Shown piece after piece: positions 44,193-50,014 of a stretch of DNA of 50,014 nt. The notes beneath the pieces were generated by a model. The model saw only the letters and a list, made by a program, of their open reading frames with translations. It was not told the origin of the DNA and did not search any database. The DNA comes from a virus (lineage: Duplodnaviria; Caudoviricetes). A program made the position numbers and the translations under genes. The stretch covers positions 1 to 50,014 of the IMG/VR virus record IMGVR_UViG_3300046719_000027. One strand, written 5' to 3'. How positions within the stretch are numbered: the stretch's first letter is position 1; the number at the start of each line of letters is the position of its first letter.

Positions 44193-44250
44193 CCGTAAAC
44201 CTGCTAAACCCGTCTAAAGCCGGGGACCAAATTGGGAATGGTGATAGCGG
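44193..44250 (+). ncRNA. Twister ribozyme T15, cut 44196^44197
   Basis: CCG TAA ACC TGC .. CCCG TCTAAAGC CGGG .. GGT GATAG CGG. Confidence 0.88.
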
Positions 44251-44269
44251 AAAATGAAAAGGAATAACT

Positions 44270-44560
44270 ATGGTTTATTGGGTTGTTGGTGGTTTTTTCC
44301 TCTGTTATACTGTTGGCATGTTCGTGGGATTTTTATTCTTCTATCCCATGGGCCGAGAGCGTGAACGTATGGACGTACGCACAAGGAAGGCAGCCGAATA
44401 TATCAATGAGAAGTATCGGCAGTACCTGATTTCTCTTGCTATCAATCTATTTCCAAACGACAATGCCAGAATTAACTCATTGAGTATTGATAGACTAGAG
44501 CATCTTCTCAATCACTATAGCGTTTCCTTCAATTCTGATTTGAAGATCACAAAGGTATAA
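44270..44560 (+). CDS. Single-TM membrane protein
   Basis: N-terminal TM; SD AAGGA. Confidence 0.65.
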   Translation: MVYWVVGGFFLCYTVGMFVGFLFFYPMGRERERMDVRTRKAAEYINEKYRQYLISLAINLFPNDNARINSLSIDRLEHLLNHYSVSFNSDLKITKV

Positions 44561-44563
44561 GTA

Positions 44564-44728
44564 ATGGTTTGGATCGTTCTTATTGGAATTCTATTTTCTA
44601 TTGGTTGCTTTTATCTTGGTGTGATAGCTGGATCTAATCATGTAACCAAGGTAATCGCAGCTTGGATGATTAGAAATAACTATCACAATGTTCTGAGAGA
44701 GTTCAATAACCACTTCTCTCGACGTTAA
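44564..44728 (+). CDS. Small single-TM protein (54 aa, not in ORF track)
   Basis: MVWIVLIGILFSIGCFYLGVIAG...; stop 2 nt before T16. Confidence 0.6.
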   Translation: MVWIVLIGILFSIGCFYLGVIAGSNHVTKVIAAWMIRNNYHNVLREFNNHFSRR

Positions 44729-44730
44729 TA

Positions 44731-44802
44731 GCTGTAAACCTACAATCTCCCGTCTAAAGTCGGGGACTAATTTCAATGGGAATTAGGAATGGTGATAGCA
44801 GC
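44731..44802 (+). ncRNA. Twister ribozyme T16, cut 44735^44736
   Basis: GCTG TAA ACC TAC .. CCCG TCTAAAGT CGGG [P5] GGT GATAG CAGC. Confidence 0.9.
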
Positions 44803-44815
44803 AAAAAAGGAAAAT

Positions 44816-46183
44816 ATGAGTATGGCACCTTATCACTATGGACCGGGCAAGGGCCGAACTGTTGAATGTACGTTCTGTAACGCCACGGGACTTCGTTGGG
44901 ACCGTGCCTATATGGAACAGACTAGGTCATCATTCAACAAAAGCGGTCATCATCGGCTTTGGAATCCGACCACTGGTAAGGTCCATGCTTGCTCGGATTG
45001 GATGCGCAAGCTTGAAAGGTGGCCGGGCGGATTGGAACCTGCTACTCAGAACTATAATTCTGAGTCTCAGGAAGAAGATCCTAAGCCAGAGATCACGGCG
45101 CCCGAACCTGTGTCTTCGATAATCGAAAAGGCTATCGGAGGCAGTGCGGTCACGCTGGCAACTGTGACCAACATGGTAAATGCTTCCTATTCCAGGCTGA
45201 AGAGAGAAGCTAGCGAAGCGGATGCGGATATGCTGAGAAGTCTCACTGAGACGGATAAGGGTATCCTGGCCCGCCTCACAGCTAGTGAGACAATTCTCTT
45301 GGATGAGATTAGCAAAGTCTCTGCAAGGGTGGAATTGGCCCGGCCAATTGAAGTCATCATGCCTGATGGCGAAAAGCGTAATGTTGGCCGTCAGCATAAG
45401 CTTTTTCCGGATCTTATGGAGTACGTAAAGCTTCGCCTTAATGTGCTCTTGGTAGGTCCCGCTGGCGGTGGAAAGACTACCGCCACGGAAAAGGCTGCCG
45501 AAGCTATGGGCATGAAATTCTACCTACAGCCAATGGGACCGTCAGTGACGGAATCTAGGTTGCTGGGATGGGTTGATGCCAATGGCAAATTGGTTCGAAC
45601 TCTGTTTCGTGATGCCTACGAACATGGCGGATTGTTCATGGCAGACGAAATGGACAATTCGAATGCGTCAGCGCTAACCACTCTTAACGGCGCACTTGCC
45701 AATGGAATGGTTGGATTCCCTGACGGTATGGTTATGCGACATCCTGACTTTGTGTTTGTTGGTGGAGCTAATACATACGGTCGTGGTGCTGACCGCGTTT
45801 ATGTCGGACGTCAGCAGTTGGACGGCGCTACGCTCGATAGATTCGTAACCGTCGATTGGGATTACGATGAGGATTTCGAGCGGTACTTGGCAGGTACCGA
45901 TACCCATGGTTGGGTCAATTACGTGCAGCAAGTTCGGAAGATCGCTTTCGCTAATAAGTTGCGCGTGCTTGTGAGTCCCCGATCCAGTATTGACGGACTC
46001 ACTATGCTTCGAGCGGGAATTGCCCGTGATAAGGTTGAACTTGTCAGAATCTGGGCGTCTATGCCAGATGATGCTAGGACAACTATCAAAAGCAATCTAA
46101 ATAGGCCAAACAATAGTTACAGTGACAATTCACTCCCAAAGCCTGTGTATAAGGTGCCTTCCAATAGAGAGAAGATATGGTAA
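44816..46183 (+). CDS. MoxR/CbbQ/CobS-like AAA+ ATPase with N-terminal Zn-finger and coiled coil
   Basis: GPAGGGKT, MADEMD, GGANTYG, LDGATLDRF, SPR. Confidence 0.9.
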   Translation: MSMAPYHYGPGKGRTVECTFCNATGLRWDRAYMEQTRSSFNKSGHHRLWNPTTGKVHACSDWMRKLERWPGGLEPATQNYNSESQEEDPKPEITAPEPVSSIIEKAIGGSAVTLATVTNMVNASYSRLKREASEADADMLRSLTETDKGILARLTASETILLDEISKVSARVELARPIEVIMPDGEKRNVGRQHKLFPDLMEYVKLRLNVLLVGPAGGGKTTATEKAAEAMGMKFYLQPMGPSVTESRLLGWVDANGKLVRTLFRDAYEHGGLFMADEMDNSNASALTTLNGALANGMVGFPDGMVMRHPDFVFVGGANTYGRGADRVYVGRQQLDGATLDRFVTVDWDYDEDFERYLAGTDTHGWVNYVQQVRKIAFANKLRVLVSPRSSIDGLTMLRAGIARDKVELVRIWASMPDDARTTIKSNLNRPNNSYSDNSLPKPVYKVPSNREKIW

Positions 46184-46218
46184 GCGGTATCAAATACCGC
46201 TTACCATATAGCCTTAAA

Positions 46219-46273
46219 ACTGTAAAGTAGCCATAGCCTGTCTAAAGCCAGGATGAGAAATACTGATAGCAGT
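46219..46273 (+). ncRNA. Twister ribozyme T17, cut 46223^46224
   Basis: ACTG TAA AGT AGC .. CCTG TCTAAAGC CAGG .. ACT GATAG CAGT. Confidence 0.92.
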
Positions 46274-46292
46274 CATCTAAAAGGAAATACAT

Positions 46293-47138
46293 ATGTTCCA
46301 CAAAGAAGAATTCTCTAGCTTTGCTGAATTTGCAGACAAATCAGCTAACGGACAAAGCCAACTAAATCATGGGGATCGCCATTCACGTACGGGTGATGCT
46401 GGTTGGGCTGGCTGCACTTGGGATGAGGCTGTAAAGCTTTCTAAGTATGGTTGGGCCGAGGGCGCCAAGCGTATAGAGAAAATGGCCTTGCCTTTGCTTG
46501 ACCAGATTTCTACTACTATGCGTAAGCCTGAGATTGTTCTAGATATTGAGGGTGCTGATATTGATGTCGGCGCTTTCATGACTGGCAATCCTGAATGTTT
46601 CATCCGTTGGGATGAAACAGAAGTCAAGGCAACTGCATCCGGTCGATTTGTTCATATCATCTGCAACATCGCGGCTAGCTCTTTCTTCTCCACGGAAGAG
46701 TTGTTCGCCAAGGGCGCAGCGGTTTCTATTCTGGTAGATGCTCTAGAAATGAGTGGACATCGGGTGACTGTAGATGTAATGGAGGCAGTAGGGCCGAGTA
46801 GTTATTGGGGCGAGAAGAACAACAAAAATCGTTACCAACTTACAATCAGGATTAAGAATCCTGAAGATCCTCTCAATATGGAGTCAATCGCTTTCGCTTG
46901 TGCACACTCAGGTATGTTGCGGCGGATGACTTTCAGCGTACAGGAACAGACTCCACCGGAAGTACGTAATACTTTCGGGTTTGGTGGATATGGCAGCTAC
47001 GGAATTCCGGAAGATCCGAAAGAGTTGCCGGAATGCGATATCTATATTGGTTCCACCAACTCGGCCCTAATCAAAAATCCATTGGAGTGGGCAAGAAAGC
47101 AGCTTATAGCGCAAGGCATAGAATTCAACAATGAGTAG
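46293..47138 (+). CDS. Putative VWA-like partner of the AAA ATPase
   Basis: Follows MoxR-type ATPase; DVGAFMTGNPECF and alternating beta/alpha core; canonical MIDAS motif not evident. Confidence 0.55.
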   Translation: MFHKEEFSSFAEFADKSANGQSQLNHGDRHSRTGDAGWAGCTWDEAVKLSKYGWAEGAKRIEKMALPLLDQISTTMRKPEIVLDIEGADIDVGAFMTGNPECFIRWDETEVKATASGRFVHIICNIAASSFFSTEELFAKGAAVSILVDALEMSGHRVTVDVMEAVGPSSYWGEKNNKNRYQLTIRIKNPEDPLNMESIAFACAHSGMLRRMTFSVQEQTPPEVRNTFGFGGYGSYGIPEDPKELPECDIYIGSTNSALIKNPLEWARKQLIAQGIEFNNE

Positions 47139-47162
47139 GGATTAAATTCCCTACTCATATAT

Positions 47163-47221
47163 AGCGTTAAACTGCCTATGTCCTGTTCAAAGTCAGGAAT
47201 GAAAGAACAGTGATGAACGCT
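47163..47221 (+). ncRNA. Twister ribozyme T18, cut 47168^47169
   Basis: AGCGT TAA ACT GCC .. TCCTG TTCAAAGT CAGGA .. AGT GATGA ACGCT (second pseudoknot irregular). Confidence 0.82.
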
Positions 47222-47239
47222 TTAAAAGGGAGCATCGAA

Positions 47240-47542
47240 ATGAAAGAAGCTGAATTTATCGTTGGGTCAGTGGACGGAAAGTATTTCAACAATTCTCTTG
47301 GCGAAATTACTAATGTTTGTCCCAGCTCAGAGTATTTCGATGTTGATACTTGTGAGAATGCTGATATTGGCCTATATGACGAGAATTGTCCGGATTGTGG
47401 CGCACGCCTTATGGTTGCGTGGATGCACGCAACCAATGACGATACTAGACCATTAAAGAGAGGAAAGGCAATAGAGGATTTGAATGACATTATAAGAAAG
47501 GCAAACGAGTCCATTGAAGCACTCAAAAAGGCAAAGACGTGA
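47240..47542 (+). CDS. Hypothetical Zn-ribbon protein
   Basis: CP..C..CPDCG; SD GGGAG. Confidence 0.65.
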   Translation: MKEAEFIVGSVDGKYFNNSLGEITNVCPSSEYFDVDTCENADIGLYDENCPDCGARLMVAWMHATNDDTRPLKRGKAIEDLNDIIRKANESIEALKKAKT

Positions 47543-47549
47543 TTTTTGA

Positions 47550-47608
47550 GCTGTAACCCTACCATTGGCACTGTCTAAAGTCAGTGATGAGAAAATGGGG
47601 ATAGCAGT
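47550..47608 (+). ncRNA. Twister ribozyme T19, cut 47554^47555
   Basis: GCTG TAA CCC TAC .. CACTG TCTAAAGT CAGTG .. GGG GATAG CAGT. Confidence 0.92.
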
Positions 47609-47628
47609 ACAGAAAAGAGTAAAGGTGT

Positions 47629-47826
47629 ATGTACGTATACGATACTAAGATCCGAGTTCGCAAAATGGATAGTGATACTATCCATACTCTCCTCAACAAT
47701 CCTAAGAACGACAATGACCAGCTTACTGCATGTGGCTTGGTTGTCATTTCCAATAACTGGCTTGTGTCTCTTCGTGATGCTGATTGCGAAGAGTGCAATA
47801 CTCGATACCCAACCAAGAGAGGTTAG
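47629..47826 (+). CDS. Small Zn-binding protein
   Basis: H..TACG..CEEC. Confidence 0.6.
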   Translation: MYVYDTKIRVRKMDSDTIHTLLNNPKNDNDQLTACGLVVISNNWLVSLRDADCEECNTRYPTKRG

Positions 47827-47830
47827 TATA

Positions 47831-48178
47831 GTGAATTCAGATCAAGTTCAACAGATTATCGACATGTTCAAGGGTGCTAGTCCAGTACTCTGGAGTGCAG
47901 CTCAGCATCAAGTCCAGGCAGATATCATCTCTGATTATCTGCTAGGTGGAATCTTTTTGCTGTTGACCTGCATTTGTATCGTAGCTTCGGTTATGTTTTT
48001 TAGAATTTACCGAAGATCCGGTATGAGCGGTGAGGCTGCGGTCGTAGGAATTACCATTGCAACTGTTGTCGGAATCTGCACATTCATCTGTGTGTTGGTT
48101 TGCGCCAACGATCTTATCTATAAGTTGGGTGCGCCTGACTATGCGGCGATTCAGCACCTTTCAGAGCTTGTACCTTAA
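47831..48178 (+). CDS. Two-TM membrane protein
   Basis: GTG start with SD GAGG; start corrected from track. Confidence 0.6.
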   Translation: MNSDQVQQIIDMFKGASPVLWSAAQHQVQADIISDYLLGGIFLLLTCICIVASVMFFRIYRRSGMSGEAAVVGITIATVVGICTFICVLVCANDLIYKLGAPDYAAIQHLSELVP

Positions 48179-48187
48179 TATTTCGGA

Positions 48188-48245
48188 GCTGTAACCCTAC
48201 TATGATCCGGTCTAAAGTCCGGAGTGTGAAAATGGGGATAGCAGT
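48188..48245 (+). ncRNA. Twister ribozyme T20, cut 48192^48193
   Basis: GCTG TAA CCC TAC .. TCCGG TCTAAAGT CCGGA .. GGG GATAG CAGT. Confidence 0.92.
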
Positions 48246-48261
48246 AAATGAGGATCTGTAA

Positions 48262-48600
48262 ATGTACGTAGTGTTCGGAGAAGTAATCGACTACGATAAT
48301 ACTCGATGGTGGCTAGTGCATGGATTCCTGGAAAAGGATGATGCAGAAAGGCTCAGGCTAGAGTATCAGAGCGCTCACGAAAGAATTTATCGTGAGTGGA
48401 ACGGTCTATTTCAGAATTTCATGGCAGAAACCGATGCTCTGAGAAAACTCAAATATAGCAAGCGAGGGCCTATCGAGAGGGAAATTGATGATAGGTATAA
48501 ACTTTTGTTCAATGATATCAAGGTTAAACATCCCGATAAGCAATGGGTTCCTGATGAGTGCCTAGCTTACGGGATCATTGAGTTGGAGCTGACACTGTAA
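48262..48600 (+). CDS. Hypothetical protein
   Basis: SD GAGG. Confidence 0.7.
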   Translation: MYVVFGEVIDYDNTRWWLVHGFLEKDDAERLRLEYQSAHERIYREWNGLFQNFMAETDALRKLKYSKRGPIEREIDDRYKLLFNDIKVKHPDKQWVPDECLAYGIIELELTL

Positions 48601-48818
48601 TGGCAAATAGCGAAGCGCTGGATTTTCTTCGCAAAGTTGAACCTCAGCTACATCATTTTGTGGTTCGGCATTGCCCGGGATATCGGGATGATGGACTGAT
48701 AAGCCATTCTTTTTATCCTGTGCATAAACTTATCCAAACCACTCCAGGTGCTGACAGATTTTGGGAAGAGTGTCTAGGATGCACTGCTCAAGAGATTATC
48801 TTGAGAGAATCTGAGTAG
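48600..48818 (+). CDS. Hypothetical protein
   Basis: TAATG overlap; C..H..CLGC. Confidence 0.6.
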   Translation: MANSEALDFLRKVEPQLHHFVVRHCPGYRDDGLISHSFYPVHKLIQTTPGADRFWEECLGCTAQEIILRESE

Positions 48819-48824
48819 TTTGGA

Positions 48825-48882
48825 ACTGTAAAGCTACCTTTAGCCGAGTTCAAAGTCTCGGATGAGAAAAGCTGATGACAGT
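48825..48882 (+). ncRNA. Twister ribozyme T21, cut 48829^48830
   Basis: ACTG TAA AGC TAC .. CCGAG TTCAAAGT CTCGG .. GCT GATGA CAGT. Confidence 0.92.
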
Positions 48883-48897
48883 CAAACGGGAGATGTT

Positions 48898-49125
48898 ATG
48901 ACAAATAAATATAACTCAGTAGCTACTGAATTCAAAGCTACAATAACAGAGGCTTTGATTTTTGGTGAGAAGAAGCGAGCAACTGTACGCCTTGTTGTTA
49001 CAGTAGAGGATGAAAGCAGGCAAGAATTTTCTACTGCGCTGACTCGCGCCATTCTTCATGGAGAAAAGGACCTCGCTGATAAATTCGACGAAAATGTAGT
49101 AAAGGTACGGTTTGATCTGTACTAG
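48898..49125 (+). CDS. Hypothetical protein
   Basis: MTNKYNSV...; SD GGGAG. Confidence 0.65.
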   Translation: MTNKYNSVATEFKATITEALIFGEKKRATVRLVVTVEDESRQEFSTALTRAILHGEKDLADKFDENVVKVRFDLY

Positions 49126-49140
49126 ACTTGCGGCCCTTAA

Positions 49141-49203
49141 GCTGTAAACACACCTAGCAACCTGCTAGCTCGTCTAAAGTCGAGATAAAGTGGTGATAGC
49201 AGT
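49141..49203 (+). ncRNA. Twister ribozyme T22, cut 49145^49146
   Basis: GCTG TAA ACA CAC [P3] CTCG TCTAAAGT CGAG .. GGT GATAG CAGT. Confidence 0.85.
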
Positions 49204-49222
49204 ATTAAAATGGGAGTACTTA

Positions 49223-49387
49223 ATGAATTACTTTTTGCTTTTGATTCTGGCAGTTGCTAGTTTTATAAATTCTCAGTACCATTTGTGGCAGGTTGGCAAT
49301 GGCGACCTTGAACTGCTAATCCTCGTTGTGGGTGCTATTATTATTCGTGAGATCAGAAAGAATAAGGCTCCCAGGATTGGCGGCTAG
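49223..49387 (+). CDS. Small two-TM membrane protein
   Basis: MNYFLLLILAV...; SD GGGAG. Confidence 0.6.
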   Translation: MNYFLLLILAVASFINSQYHLWQVGNGDLELLILVVGAIIIREIRKNKAPRIGG

Positions 49388-49388
49388 C

Positions 49389-49700
49389 ATGTTCCTTTGT
49401 CAGCCGTGTCATACAAAGTCTACAGGCCACGATTTTTGTTTTGGAGCGCCAAGCTTCGGGCCATGTGAAATTTGTAAGTTGGCGGCAGATTGCTCTGACT
49501 GTCGTTGCAAGTCGAAACAGAAACCTAATCTGGATGCTCAAACCCTATTCGATAGCGCTATTTCCGAAACGGACTGGAGTTGCACTGTTCAGGTAGAAAC
49601 TCTACTTGAATTCATCATTGCTGAGTCAGACAACGATCCTAGCTTGCTTGAAAAGTTTAAGCATTACCTACAAGAGGCCGTGGAGGCTGAGAATAGCTAG
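49389..49700 (+). CDS. Cys-rich hypothetical protein
   Basis: MFLCQPCH...GPCEIC...CSDC. Confidence 0.65.
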   Translation: MFLCQPCHTKSTGHDFCFGAPSFGPCEICKLAADCSDCRCKSKQKPNLDAQTLFDSAISETDWSCTVQVETLLEFIIAESDNDPSLLEKFKHYLQEAVEAENS

Positions 49701-49784
49701 GACAGTACAGAGGGAGGCCGTTTCTGAGGCGCTACGGCGCGCGGAGGCGGCCCGTAATGTGCAGAGACGGTCCCAAGTCCGCCT
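49699..49784 (+). ncRNA. Candidate circularly permuted (type P5-like) twister ribozyme, cut 49755^49756
   Basis: ACA GAGGG [long P1 hairpin] TAA TGT GC .. CGG TCCCAAGT CCG; CCC:GGG pseudoknot. Confidence 0.55.
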
Positions 49785-49835
49785 CTCCCATGGCGTGCCA
49801 TGGTGACCGTCTCAGACGATTAGGAGTGAGGCTTT

Positions 49836-50014
49836 ATGGAAACTTACATTATTCAAATTTTGGACTATGAGGGCCGCGTCATCCGTTGCGAAACTGTTGA
49901 CGTTCACGAATTGGGCGTTGATGGTATTGTTCAGGATGCCTACCGGGAATTCAGTCTCCAGTCGGATCAATTCCTAAAGGTTATTGGTCCTGCTGGAGAT
50001 GTCGTTTACGATGA
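49836..50014 (+). CDS. Hypothetical protein, runs off window edge
   Basis: METYIIQIFGL...; SD AGGAG/GAGG. Confidence 0.55.
   Translation, partial: METYIIQILDYEGRVIRCETVDVHELGVDGIVQDAYREFSLQSDQFLKVIGPAGDVVYD

Noticed and set aside
37606-49203. Repeats as a CRISPR array, early promoters or integron attC sites
   Set aside because: Spacers are whole genes of variable length; there is no -35/-10 geometry or attC core; variation preserves RNA pseudoknot pairing rather than sequence
38713-49203. Repeats as c-di-GMP-I (GEMM) riboswitches or hammerheads (GTCTAA, TGATAGC, CTGATGA similarity)
   Set aside because: They lack the GEMM GAAA-tetraloop/GCAAA architecture and the hammerhead CUGAnGA-stem-GAAA order; the twister fold explains every conserved base
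40157-49222. Shared N-terminal MVIAV peptide in several track ORFs
   Set aside because: It is the translation of ribozyme 3' sequence ATGGTGATAGCAG; it has no SD, is often out of frame or stopped, and the true starts follow the downstream SD

Overview
This window is part of a large tailed dsDNA phage genome, probably of a Gram-positive-type host (one Cheo-type LexA box). 1-31.3 kb, minus strand, is the virion/late module. It holds terminase, T4 gp20-like portal, protease/scaffold and T4 gp23-like capsid. About 10 kb of NDP-sugar synthesis, glycosyltransferase, methyltransferase and acetyltransferase genes sit between capsid and neck. These are followed by neck genes, an XkdM-like tail tube with no sheath seen, a tail chaperone with an apparent +1 frameshift, and the tape measure. 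31.4-35.7 kb, plus strand, carries small genes including a SemiSWEET-like transporter and an XRE regulator. 35.7-37.6 kb is non-coding: a LexA box, an AT-rich and purine-pyrimidine-alternating repeat tract, and a ~950-nt heavily base-paired candidate large ncRNA. The main finding is in 37.6-50 kb, plus strand. A run of small early-type genes is punctuated by 22 intact twister self-cleaving ribozymes, plus one degenerate and one circularly permuted candidate. Each lies just upstream of a ribosome-binding site, often preceded by a strong hairpin lacking a U-tract, and both pseudoknots show compensatory covariation. This looks like ribozyme-programmed processing of one polycistronic transcript into individual 5'-OH / 2',3'-cyclic-phosphate mRNAs, which could possibly circularise. 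All calls were made by eye; no searches were run.
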